Below, one piece after another: positions 25,565-37,760 of a DNA stretch of 64,000 nt. The DNA is from Mytilus edulis. Its lineage: Eukaryota. Below the pieces are notes generated by a model. That model was not told the DNA's origin. It ran no database searches and worked only from the letters and a program-made list of their open reading frames with translations. How positions within the stretch are numbered: the first letter of the stretch is position 1; each line of letters begins with the position of its first letter. The DNA lies in NCBI RefSeq assembly GCF_963676685.1, contig NC_092349.1:43276001-43340000 (forward strand), given 5' to 3'. A program made the translations under genes and the position numbers.

Positions 25565-26141
25565 AAAAAAAATATGTCTGTTTACGGTTACCCAACCCAC
25601 CCTATTTCGAGTGCTGACCCTAAGTTATTTTAAGTGATTTTATCTGTCATAAAGTGAAAAATAAAATGACTCATGTCAAAAGTAACAGTAAAGATAGTGT
25701 CGCCTGTTACATCCCAAGTTCACAATCGTGAATATGATAGCTGTTTTTAGGAAATTCGCGACTCGTGTGATGAAATAACACTTTGCTGCCATATTTTCCC
25801 CCAACCAATAACAAAGGGAAATAATTTTCAAAACTACAGGTAAACTCGGACCACGACAAGATGAAACTGCATGACTCAAAATTATGTCACAAAAAGTAAA
25901 ATGAAAAAATAAAATAAAATGGGAATACCGACCTACATGTACCTACCCTATTTTTTTTAAAGTGCATGTATGTAACCTTAAACTAATTAAAAGATATTAT
26001 TTAAACTTATGTGTTTAAAATTTTGGTATAACTACAGAATTACAACTTATGACAAAACTTTGAATTTCCTACTCAAATAAGTGATTTAAAAATCACTTAT
26101 TTCAATGAATCCCCTGACTTAAAACAGACATATATTTTTTT
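25565..26141. mobile_element. Degenerate non-autonomous TIR element
   Basis: aaaaaatatgtctgttt at the left end and aaacagacatatattttt at the right end; internal acccaccctat/acctaccctat motifs. Confidence 0.45.
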
Positions 26142-26849
26142 GTTGGTTTACTCTTTGTAATTTTTATATGTATGATTCTCCACCCTAAAGAAAAGTTGTT
26201 TGGAATGAAATGAATCCCCTCCAGATCCTCCTTAATAAGTTGAAAAGGCTTTATTTACTTCTTATATACTTTAGAACTTTGTTGTGTTTTGTGGGGGGGG
26301 GGGGGGGGGTCGAACCTGTTGTTTATAAGTTGTAAATCAGGCCATTACTTTTTCTCAATTTAATTGTTACATATATTTAACATGTCTGGACTGGTTTTTT
26401 TTCTTCTCTTTTTTGAAGGCTGTATAGTTGCCTATATATTTACTTTGTTATTTGAACCTCTGTGGATAGTCGTTTCATTGGCAATCATACCACATATACT
26501 TTGTTCTATATGGATTGCATACCTGAAAAAGATGTTCAAAGTTGAATATGCTGCAAACTTCAAACAGCCTACTACAACTTATTTACCATGAAACTATTGA
26601 TCAGAATTGAACTATACATGTATACATTTATAATTGATTTCATCCCAGTCCTCATGTACATGTACCACTATAGCTATTAATCAACAGAACAAATGCAAAT
26701 ACTTACAGTTTTGATGCCATCAAAGGTTTTTTTTTATAAACCTCTAATCATAATTATATCAATATATTAACTGTATCCCAATATGAACATGTTGGGCTCT
26801 TCTACAGCAGTATACAGTATAAGGTTTTCTTATTTGTATAGGCCTGTTT

Positions 26850-27350
26850 ACAGGATGTATAATGGAATACTGTTGTCAGTCTGTCTGTCCGTCCGTTGTC
26901 AACATGTCAGACATGAACTTTAAAAGGCTTTAATGAAATTGCATAAAACTTCGGTGAATTGTTTATATCTATCGTGAGCTCCCTTTCTTTTTTTTTACAA
27001 ATTTTAGAATTTATGTTTCCGAGTTCAAAAAAAGGGGGGATATTCCAGTTTTTAAACTATAACTCAAAAATGCTTTCAGCAGTTCTCATGAAACATTGGT
27101 GAATTGTTGATATCTAGTGATGTAAGCTGCTGCCTTTAGAAAGAATCTTATGAATTTTACATTTCCAAGTTATGGGGTTTTATATATATATTAAAAAGGG
27201 GGATTTTTCAAGTTTCTGATAATGTTATCAACAATTCTCATTAAACTTTGGTGCATTGTTTATATCTATTGATGTAAACTCCCTGTTTGATTTTCATAAA
27301 TTTCTAATATGACATTGAGAAGTAATTGAACTTTATTACAAAAAAATCAT
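26850..27350 (+). mobile_element. Degenerate Helentron-associated (HINE-like) element with three ~150-bp tandem cores
   Basis: gtct/gtcc microsatellite at ~26875-26895, then units starting near 26943, 27088 and 27240 (ggtg(a/c)attgtt.atatcta). Confidence 0.55.
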
Positions 27351-27471
27351 GTGAATCCCACACTGATGTATAACATGTACAATAATCAGACATCAACCCA
27401 AGCCAACCTGGATGTAATTGAAAGACATCTAGAGGTCAATACACAGTCTTAAACAAAAGACAAAATAATTA

Positions 27472-28359
27472 AAATGTCAATTGTTCTTGAACAATTGAGA
27501 GGTCTTTCCTTTTGTAATGCAAGATACATGTTCCAATAGACGTAGAATGTATTGAAAAGCTTTAAAACACACTGAAAATCCTTTAAATAAGGTCAAAAAC
27601 ACATCATTCGTTTTATGGGACATGACCTTAACCTTTGACCTTTGTCAAGGTCATTAGTCCCAAAATGTCATTGCTGAAGACCCCATGGGTCTAGGATCTT
27701 CGGTTATATAGTAAAAGCTGATTTTCTCTTTTCAGAAACCTAAAACAGGGGTTATGCCCCTTACAGAAAGGTCAAATCTCTTCGGTCAAAATGTAACAAA
27801 GTTGCGCATTAATGACCCAAACATTTTCCACTATACAACACTTCTGAAAGTATTGAGGTTGCTGAGATTATCCGCTAACAAGGTGTTAGGTCAAAGGTCA
27901 AGGTCAAAGTCACATGAATTGATGATGAATGGTGAAGATCCTAGGTGTCTACGACTTACGGTTTCAGAGTTTTGGTGGCCAACCGACACCGGTTAATATT
28001 AATAGGGACATAACCCTACTAATGAGTCGTTGAATCTTTTCGATCCAAATGTAATGAAAAACCAAGGTCGGGTCCTGAACAAATTTCACCCTTCCTTTTT
28101 TTCTACCTCTTACGGTTACGGTGTTGGAACGATAACAAGGTTTTTGGGTTTCGAAGGGATTACTCCGAACCGACAAAATTTTTCGACTCACAGGGTGAGT
28201 TCCGGATAGGTATTCATGACACCGATACAAAGTGTGAACATGAAAGCGACACGTCTTACGGTTAACGCAGATAAATTTGTCAAAGTTTAGCGGAAGAATA
28301 ATAATAATAAACAAGAAATACAGTAAGGTTTTTCCCTTTTGAAAAAGGAAAGACCTTAA
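27472..28359 (-). mobile_element. Helentron-associated interspersed element (HINE-like)
   Basis: Terminal hairpin aaggtttttccc..ggaaagacctt (28325-28357) next to an (AAT)n microsatellite; matching subterminal aggtctttcc (27500-27509); perfect stem-loop caattgttc-tt-gaacaattg (27478-27497); internal tgacct/aggtca motifs. Confidence 0.7.
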
Positions 28360-30520
28360 TGAAAAATATAGCAAATTTTTGAGAAGAATTATTATGAAAT
28401 GTATTAGCAATATTTAGAATATATCGTTTAAAATTTAGGTTTCACCTATCATTTTAAAACTGGTATTTCGTTGTGGCTAGTCTATCAGAGGGATATATCA
28501 TGAAGTCAGATTTGAACATCGACTTGAGAAATGAAGGTGGAGTAAAGTCCGAATGTCAGTTTTAGTCTTATATACATGTATGTTTGTCAATTTCACTCTT
28601 ATATATGTTTACATATATTATTGATTCAGTGGTGATGGTAAATAGACACTCACAAGTCTAAGATAAAATTTTATAGTTTTGAATGTTTCTTCATCAGTTA
28701 ACTAAAATTAGGTGGAGATACATGTATGTTCTTATTTCCAACAGAGGGGCACTCAACCTATATCAATTTGTGCATGAAGTGATTGATAGTTGATAGATAC
28801 TGAATGCTTTTACCACAAATTTGTGAAAGTTTTAACCGGTATTTATACTTAAATTACAATAATAAAATTCATGTCTTTCACTTCAGGACTTCTAATCCAA
28901 CCATGTATACATAGTATGGCATGTTATTGAGATATGGTTTTGGTCGATGGATGTTTATGAAGGACCTGTAGAACAAAGTATATCACTGGATTGAACTCTT
29001 TGTCCAAGTGTATTATGAAAGTGCTTTGCTTTGAGCTCAGTTCATTGTTATGCAAATCATTCATTTGGAAATAAAGATTTGACAGATAACTCTCATGTAC
29101 GTACAAGGAATTATCAAAGTAGTATCCATTTTATGTACAATGTAAGTAATAGGGAGATAATAGCATTTTATTTAGATTTGAATCAAACATTTTTGTTCAT
29201 TAGCCAAATTTATAAAAAAAACACAAATTTACCAAACAACGCTACTCTAGCTACTAGCAATATGATGCCTGATTGTTATGTTACACTTTATTTTATACAT
29301 CTATACTGCCTACATGACACCGTAGTCCTGAGTGTAAATTGTCATCCAGTATGTTAAAAAAAGACCAAAATTTATAAGGTCAATTTGGCCTAATTGAATT
29401 CTAAAACTATATTTCATTGTACATGTTCAACATTTATCATTCATTTGTTTATTTCTTATTTTTTTTGTGAATTTACAGCAATTTTTAATTAATACAATAC
29501 ACTTTCATACCACAACAAAACTGCCTTACTGTATTTGTATTACCTATATTTGTATCCATATCACAAAATGAATTGCAAAGAGAATATTTTTGCAATACCT
29601 TTTTCATATTGAATACTATAACTTTTTAGATCTTTAGACATATTATGTAGATGTTCATATCCACTTGAAATTTTATCAGATGACTTCTGTAGCTGTTATA
29701 TTTTTTATGAGTCTTTGAAGCATGCTCACAAAGGTTCTTTTGATGTCGATATCATTTTCATACTGGCCAATTTTTTTTTCGCTATGACCTGCTTTTGAGG
29801 AAATATTTTCAAATAACTAATATAAAATAACACAGAAGTTTACTCTCTAGCTCATCTATATTCTAGCCCCAAGCATCATGTCCGGCATTGTCATTATTAA
29901 TGTCTTCTAAACTGAGTAAATTAATTCCTAAAAAAAAATTAAATGTCTTCTAATCTGAGAAACAATTTCGACATTAAAACGAAATCTTTTACTAATGATC
30001 ATGATGACTACACAAAGTAATATAAATAGAACCATACAAATAATAATTTTCTCAGATACCATCTCCCATATAAAAAAAAATCACATCATGAAAAAATGAA
30101 CCTGTTATGTGTTCCTCTCCTAGATTCAAAATGTATCCAAAATCAAAGATGTGGAACATATTCTATCATAATCATTTGGCAATTAATGCAATTAGGGTCT
30201 TTTCCATGCCGGTTTTGAACATAAAAAACTCAATATTAAATAAACAACTCTACCAATGCTCAGGTTGGTTGTCATATTGTGCAACACAGTTGATAATATA
30301 GAACCCTATGGAAAAAACATAGAACTTCTTTTGTCATACAAAACACTGTCAAACATCCAAACATACTATCCACACTGATTAGTGTCCACACTTGTAACAA
30401 TAGAAAAATATAGATAATTAGAAAAAAACTCGAGTATTTTATAATTTATTGAACTTTACATAATTACTACATTGTAAATCCATTTTTATATAGAGCACCA
30501 TGATGCATAAATCAACAAGT

Positions 30521-30606
30521 AATCAACTCATCAAATATAAGCCTCACATTTTTGGTACGTATACGAGTGTTTTTTTTACTTAAAACTCGTCAGTCGTGCT
30601 CTAATC
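30521..30606 (-). repeat. Degenerate antisense copy of the hammerhead-containing repeat
   Basis: Reverse complement gattagagcacgaCTGACGAgttttaagtaaaaaaaacactcgtatacgta aligns with the 59932-59983 copy. The GAAA box and palindrome are decayed. Confidence 0.55.
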
Positions 30607-30611
30607 AATAT

Positions 30612-30852
30612 AATTGAGAATAGAAATGGGGAATATGTCAAAGACACAACAACTCGACCAAATAGCAAATAAGAGTCGAAGACCACCAATGGGCCTTCAA
30701 CGCAGCAAGAAAATCCAGCACTCTGAGGTGGGACTCAGCAGGCCCCTAGATAAAATGTGAACTAGTTCAATGAAATGAAATTCAAACTGAACTCCAAACA
30801 TATAAATGAACTAAAATTTAAAAAAAAAACATACAAGACTAAAAAAGGCCAA
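30612..30852 (+). repeat. Dispersed repeat family C (aattgagaatggaaatggggaatgtgtcaaagagacaacaac...)
   Basis: Copies at ~37853-38142, ~46681-46975, ~51139-51204 (+) and ~34450-34515 (-). Confidence 0.8.
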
Positions 30853-31024
30853 AGTATATTTGTTAATATTCATTGATAGAATGATGATCCAACTGTGAAA
30901 ACTATATACACAGGAAAGCTTCATTGTTGTATAGGAGATCAGTGTCAAGTACGTTAGTAATACAATGTTTTTGCTTTTTGGATTTTTTTTGTGGGTTAAC
31001 TTGACAATAATTTTACTATTTCAG

Positions 31025-34000
31025 ATGGAACTTTACAGTCATATATTTACTTTGTTTGTTTTTTTATTGCGAACAAGTCCTGATACTATGCAAGCCTGGT
31101 ATCAAACAAGGTCAATTATTGATGAATTACAAAGTAAATGGAAAGAATGCAACCTTCTATGATGGATGTTCTACAAATCGTAAATGCAAATGTTTAGACA
31201 TATCGGACGGAATATTAGCCGACTGTTCCACATGAAATTTAATAAAATCTCCATATTTTGACGGAAGAGATGTGTCGGTAAATTTGAGATACAATTCGCG
31301 CACGTATCTCCCTGGCGATAGATATTTACCGCCGAGGCTGAAATGTTTAGACTTTGCACAAAATAAGATTTCAAAATTAAGGAATGGTAAATTGGTTCCG
31401 TTTTCTACTTCAAACAATATTATCAGCTTGAATTTAACGAGCAATTTATTGTCACTAGATGATGATACGTATTACCCTGGAGTATTTCAAAATCTAAAAT
31501 ATTTGAAATATTTAGATATTTCAAACAACTCAAACGAATATAAAAGCTATTATTGTCCAGACCAAGTATTTCAGGATCTTTCTTCACTTCAAAGTTAAAA
31601 ATATAACGTTTGGCAAGGGATTTTCTACTCTTAAACATCTCACTTCCCTGAAAATAACGGGAATCGCTGCAAAAGGTATCGTAAGCAGATAATACTTTGA
31701 CAACTTTCCCAATCTGGAACATCTCGACATATCAGCTACAACAGAATGGCGCAGAATTGATCACTTTGCTCTTACTGTTTTTGAAAAGGATGCACTACAA
31801 AAGCTAACTAAATTGCAGTATTTTGATATATTATATCATCGAAGACTTCACATGTGTGGGTTTCGAAATGTGACGAATGATCTACCATATACTTCAATTC
31901 GCATACTAAAAGCAAGTTATCTTGAATGTGAAAGATCAGTAAGTACCGTGTTATTTGTCGATGCTATCAAACCTTTGAATTCTACAAAGCTTGAGGTATT
32001 ATTTCTCGATGGAAATAATCTGGAAGAAACTGATATCCTTTTACCACGGCATCTCCCGCAGTCTCTGTGCTATTTCAGCGCTAGAGATAATAGATGGGTT
32101 GCTTCTAGATATAACAGGCTATTATTTAAACTTGGAATTATTTTTAATTATGGAATTTGCAAAATTTTCTGTGCTGGAAATTTTTAATAAATTCCATGCT
32201 TATTTGGTGTTATGATGTTTTGAGCAGTTCATAACACTTTCCATACAATGTATTTTGTATAGATAGTGTTGTGCACGGCACAGTACATTCTATTGAAAAT
32301 GTACTATCTTTTATGTAAAAGAAAGTGTTGTGCGCAGCACAGAACATTGAAGTACAGAATAAGCATGGAATTTACTAGAAATTTCAAGCACAGGAAATTA
32401 TGAAAAATCCATAATTAATAATAATTCCAAGTTTAAATAATAGCCTGTTATATGCTTATTTTGACATTGCTAGATTGACTGGTATAAAAGCTGTTGATTT
32501 GAGTTTTCAAAATAGACATCAGATGTCGCAGTCAAAACATTCCTGGTATTGTACTGAATATTTTCATGAAACTTCACACTGTATATGTGATAGACTTCCT
32601 ATTCTGGAAAATGAAAATATGTTTGACTGGAATCAAAATGAAGAAATGTCATATTTTACAAACAAAAACAAAAACAGCCATTTGGTAACAGCGTGCATTC
32701 CATACGATCCTACAAAATCCAACTTGCAATAATTCCTCCAAAAACAGAAAAGATCATTATGGAAAGTGCAAAAAAAGGAGACAGTATACCATCAATGTAT
32801 TTCAGTACACCAACAGTGAAGCATATATCATTGCGAAACAATCAGCTTTACTCTTTCACAGGCCCAATATGCAATTTGACACAGCTTGAATATCTTGATT
32901 TGTCAAATAACAGAGCTGATGATATATCAAGCTATATTTTTGGTTCCCTAGTAAACCTCCAATACTTAGGAATCGACAACAATCTACTCGGGTATTCCAA
33001 CATTTTCCATGATCACAGTTCTGTTTTTATTTTTGAAAATCAAACAAATTTGAAGTTTCTTAACATGTCATCGAATCGAATATCGATTTTATTTCAGAAT
33101 TTTCTGTTCAAAGCATCTGAACTGAAAACTCTTCTATTAGACCACAATTTACTGACGGATTGGAATATTTCTATTAATCATATGAAAGATCTCAACTTTA
33201 TTGATATAAGATGGAATCAGATATTATATCTATCTAGTGAGGGAATGAATTTACTTGAAAAAGCCTCTCATTTGAATATCACAATAGATATGTCCAATAA
33301 CCTATTTGAGTGTTCATGCGATTCAATGATTTTCTTGAAATGGCTTGCGATGCATAGACAGTACTTTAAAGGATTTGGTAATTATTCATGTATATATTTG
33401 CGTAAATCAATTAATATATTTGAAGCAAACTTGCATTTAAAAAAGAATTGTTATTCATATGTTGGAGTGATTGTTTCGGTGACAATCGGAATTATTATCT
33501 TTCTCGGAAGTATTTGTTCTATGATTATTTACCGATACCGATGGAAATTGCGATACTTTTATTACATTTTAAAAGGAGAATATGGTATAGATCACGATAA
33601 GACTGATGGCAATTTTCAATTCGACGCTTTCGTTTCTTATTCCGAAAATGATAGGTGGTTCCCGAAAGATTATATGATAGACTTTCTCGAGAAACAGAAA
33701 GGATTGCGCTTATGCATTCACCACAGGGACTTTATTGCAGGAAGTGCCATTGCTGAGAATATAACAAATGCTATTCACAATAGTAGAAAATGTGTTTGCA
33801 TTCTAACAAATAATTTTCTCGGGTCAAAATGGTGTATGTATGAATTTAATATAGCGCTTGAGGATATAGTGGTCTCAAGACAAGGAAGAAATAGCATAAT
33901 AATTGTTCAATTACTGAGAACTGATATTAGAAATATTCCTCGCGAAATGAAGTATGTAATGAACGATGACACATACCTTGATTATCCAGAAAACGAAGAA

Positions 34001-34048
34001 GACAGGATTATTTTTTGGGAAAGTTTTGAGAGCGATTTGAAATACTAG
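31025..34048 (+). pseudogene. Toll-like receptor with a disrupted N-terminal ectodomain and an open C-terminal LRR-LRRCT-TM-TIR frame (32693-34048)
   Basis: Signal-peptide-like MELYSHIFTLFVFLL; LRRNT CKC..ADCS; LRRs LKYLKYLDISNN, LEYLDLSNN, LKFLNMSSNRI; LRRCT NLFECSCD; TM GVIVSVTIGIIIFLGSICSMII followed by YRYRW; TIR FDAFVSYS, LCIHHRDFIAG, SKWCMYE, FW. Stops near 31233, 31597 and 31690; frameshifts near 31157, 31605 and 32725; MITE at 32112-32450. Confidence 0.88.
32112..32450. mobile_element. MITE inserted in the TLR coding sequence
   Basis: ~43-bp TIRs taacaggctattatttaaacttggaattatttttaattatgga and tccataattaataataattccaagtttaaataatagcctgtta (1 mismatch); TA or ATAT TSD. Removal rejoins ...ASRY|AYFDIARLTG... 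in frame. Confidence 0.9.
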
Positions 34049-34535
34049 TTCTAAACAGACATTGTTGGGAGTAGCGAATCCGAATCAGTGTCTGTAGTAT
34101 CGTTTAAGATTCATAAAATTAGTATCATAGTATCATACTTAATCCCTAACGGGGGGGATTGTGTTTGATTTTTATAGGATGAAGACATAATCTTTCATTC
34201 AGTTTATTTGAGGTCTGGTGCTGGCATGCTAGTAACTACTAGTAGTCCTTTGTTAATTTATGTATTATTATAATTTGGATTAGTTTCTTTTGTTACCTAT
34301 TCTGACATCGTACTCGGACTTCTTTTTAACAGAGTTTTACTCTGCATATTGCTGTGTGTGTTGTTTTTTTTTTACACTAGCTAGAGATTTTGGTTGAGGA
34401 TGAGATCTCACTTTACATGTTTTACCCTGTTAGTTTTGTTAATCCTTCGGCTATTTTCTGCTATATGGTCGAGTTGTTGTCCCTTTGACACATTCCCAAT
34501 TACCATTCTCAAATTTATTATCCCGTTCTTACCTT

Positions 34536-34700
34536 AGCCGTATTTGGCACAACTTTTTGAAATTTTGTATCCTCAATGCTCTTCAACTTTGTACCTGTTT
34601 GGCTTTATAAATATTTTGATTTGAGCGTCACTGATGAGTCTTATGTAGACGAAACGCGCGTCTGGCGTACTAAATTATAACCCTGGTACCTTTGATAACT
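34536..34700 (+). repeat. ~170-nt hammerhead-containing dispersed repeat, copy 2
   Basis: Near-identical to 7596-7769. Confidence 0.85.
34625..34668 (+). ncRNA. Minimal type I hammerhead ribozyme, intact
   Basis: Helix I gcgtca/tggcgt; CTGATGA 34631-34637; helix II gtct-tatgt-agac; GAAAC 34651-34655; palindromic helix III region acgcgcgt; GUC triplet with predicted cleavage after 34662. Confidence 0.8.
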
Positions 34701-35785
34701 ATCAATAGATTAAAATGAACTTAAGACACTAGTAAATAAGTAACTTTGTAATAAATTATTTTACACCATAGTTTAAACACTTTCAAAATTGACTGATATT
34801 TATCTTAACAACAAAATTTTATTGAAAGGCCTTTAAATGTCCATTATATTTTCGTCAATAATAATCAAAACAATATATACAGCATTCCGAAAACCCCGTA
34901 AAAAATGTATCATAATGTAGACATTTTGATTTTATTATATTAACGTGACACTTCAATGGTATCTTAAACATAAATTTTACATATCAATCCTGGTATTTGC
35001 GATTGTTTGATTTACATGTAGTTGAAATGCTTTACAAAAAGATATAGATCAATGTAATTAAAAGAAATGTCTAACATACAATTTACAAGTGAGAGGTTTA
35101 GCTAGCTATAAAAATATGTTTAATCCATCATTTTCTACGTAAGAAAACGGTCTGCAAAGTAAGTGTCCTTTGATAAGGGCAGAAAGTTCATATGTAAAAA
35201 TGGATGACGTGGAGTGGTATATACATAAGAAGAGTTGTATTCACATAAGAAGGTCAGTATTTGGAATTGAACAAAATTGTACGACCAATACCGAAAGGTC
35301 AACTTTGAAAACAATTTGTTTAAATTCAGATCTGTAGTAACTAGCTCACTCGTCGAAGCTCATATTAGCATAACAAAAACACATATCTACATATTAATTA
35401 GATTGATTTGAAAGACACTCGAAGTAACTGATGCCCTTGCATAGGACATTTTCATCTTGAATACCCTTGATTGGGAACACCCACGGTTTAAACTTTGGAA
35501 AAGTAGTATAACATAACGCTGCAAAGCCGTGATTAAAACATAAAGACTTTAGATTTTAGAATTGCATGTTACTGACATGTGCGTGTTTTATGGTGAATCA
35601 GTTGTATTTTAGTTTTATTCAAATGCGTAATTATTATTCCATGTTTGGTTTCCGTTTGAATAAAATATATTTGGATTCATTGTGTTATGTGTTGTTTCCG
35701 TTTACGATTTGAATTAATAAGTCGTTGTCACCTACAGTTCATCATAATACAGAAAACAGGCATATAATTTTACAACTGGTACTAC

Positions 35786-35877
35786 CCGAATAATTCAGTT
35801 CCTCCCCATGATCGATTCTTTCATTTGCAAGATGTGGCCTCCGTAGGACAGGTGGATAAAGCGACTGAATTATTCGG
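35786..35877. mobile_element. 92-bp mini-MITE
   Basis: Perfect 14-bp inverted ends ccgaataattcagt and actgaattattcgg. Confidence 0.65.
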
Positions 35878-35914
35878 TTTAAACTTTGCAGGATTTTTTA
35901 GTTTACATTTCTTG

Positions 35915-37223
35915 TTAGCTCACCTGGCCCAGAGGGCCAAGTGAGCTTTTCTCATCACTTTGCGTCCGTCGTCGTCGTCGGTCGTCATCGTCGTCTGTTA
36001 ACTTTTACAAAAATCTTCTCCTCTGAAACTACGGGGTCAATTTTTATAAAACTTGGCCACAATCATCATTGGGGTATCTAGTTTAAAAAATTGTGTCCGG
36101 TGAACCGGCCAACCAACCAAGATGGCAGCCATAGCTAAAAATAGAACATAAGGGTAAAATGTAGATTTTGGCTTATTACTCTGAAACCAAAACATTTAGA
36201 GCAAATCTGACATTGCAATATTGTTAATTTAGTGAAGACCTATCTGCCCTAAAATTGTCAGATGAATCCGACAACCGGTTGTTGGGTTGCTGCCCCTGAA
36301 TTGGTAATGTTAAGGAAATTTTGCTGTTTTTGGTTATTATCTTGAATATTATTATAGATAGAGATAAACTGTAAACAGCAATAATGTTTAGCTAAGTTAG
36401 ATGTACAAATAAGTCAACATGACCAAAATGGTCAGTTGACCCCATTAAGGAGTTATTGCCCTTTATAGTCAATTTTTAACCATTTTTCTAAAATTTTAGT
36501 TATCTTTTACAAAAATCTTCTTCTCTGAAACTACTTGGCCAAATTTAACCAAACTTGGCCATAATCATCATTAGGGTATTAAGTTTAAAAAATGTGTGTG
36601 GTGACCCAGCCAACCAACTAAGATGGCTGCCATGGCTAAACAAAGAACATAGGGGTAAAAGGTAGATTTCGGCTTACAACTCTGAAACCAAAGCATTTAG
36701 AGCAAATCTGACATGGGGTTAAATTGTTTATCAAGTCAATATCTATCTTGCATGAAATTTTCAGATGAATTGGACAACTGGTTGTTGGGTTGCTGCCCCC
36801 AATTGGTAATCTTTAAAGAATTTTGTTTTTGTTTTGTTTTTATCTTGAATACTTTAATAGATAGAGATAAACTGTAAACAACAATAATGTTCAGCAAAGT
36901 AAGATCGAAAAATAAGTCAACGTGACCAAAATTGTCAGTTGATCCCTTAAGGAGTTATTGCCCTTTAGAGTCAATTTTTAACAATTTTCATTAATTTGGT
37001 AATTTTTTTTAAATTTTTACAAAATGTTTTCCTCTGTATCTAAAGGGCCAAGTTTATTATAGATAGAGAAAATTGTAAGTAGCAAATATGTTCAGTACTA
37101 TAGTAAGATCTACAAACACATCAACATCACCAAAACACAATTTTTGTCATGAATCCATCTGTGTCCTTTGTTTAATATGCACATAGACCAAGGTGAGCGA
37201 CACAGGCTCTTTAGTGCCTCTAG
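35915..37223 (+). mobile_element. Helentron-associated interspersed element (HINE-like) with two ~500-bp tandem cores
   Basis: 5' hairpin agctcacctggccc-agag-ggccaagtgagct; (GTC)n microsatellite; cores start near 36003 and 36505 with a partial third near 37015; 3' subTIR aggtgagc plus stem-loop aggctctttagtgcct; T-rich flanks. Confidence 0.8.
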
Positions 37224-37489
37224 TTTTTCCTGTCATCGATATCCTAACCGAGGTTTGCTCCCAGAAATTTGTTACACAACTAATAGGGTTATTATGGAAT
37301 CTCCAGTTGTCAACACCACGTCTTCATAATAATCAAGTCACTGCGCATGCGAGAATGTAATGAGATGGTATTCTGTATTATTGGGTCGCTTGTACTTGTT
37401 TTGCTATGGTTAACTATTACATTCGATAGTATTAAGGACATTTTGTTCAGGCTTTGATCAATAACAAAATAGGGATATTGAAGAGGATG

Positions 37490-37760
37490 GTGATAGATTA
37501 CTTCTTTAAGTTCAGTGGCAAATCCAAAGGCATATTTAGGACGAGAAAAAAAGTAAATGATACATGAATATTAACCCTTCTTTGTTGAACCACGCAAGGA
37601 GTCGAAAGTTAAATGTGCCATCACTTACTTGTCAATGCCACGTGCTTAACATATAAAGCAGCAAAAACAAATTTTGAATTGTGTCTTTATACTTGGCCGG
37701 GGTTCGAACCAAGATCTTTTGCACTCCAGGCAAACACATTCATGCGACTGCTAAAATGGT
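37490..37760 (-). mobile_element. Degenerate tRNA-derived SINE
   Basis: Minus-strand B-box GGTTCGAACCCC (37699-37710). The body shares cagtggcaaat..catg..caggacga with ~41525-41565 and ~13065. Confidence 0.5.

Noticed and set aside
26293-26309. G17 homopolymer as a G-quadruplex element
   Set aside because: An isolated run at a repeat boundary with no supporting context.
28681-28700. Minus-strand CTGATGA-A-GAAAC
   Set aside because: No room for helix II and no helix I pairing.
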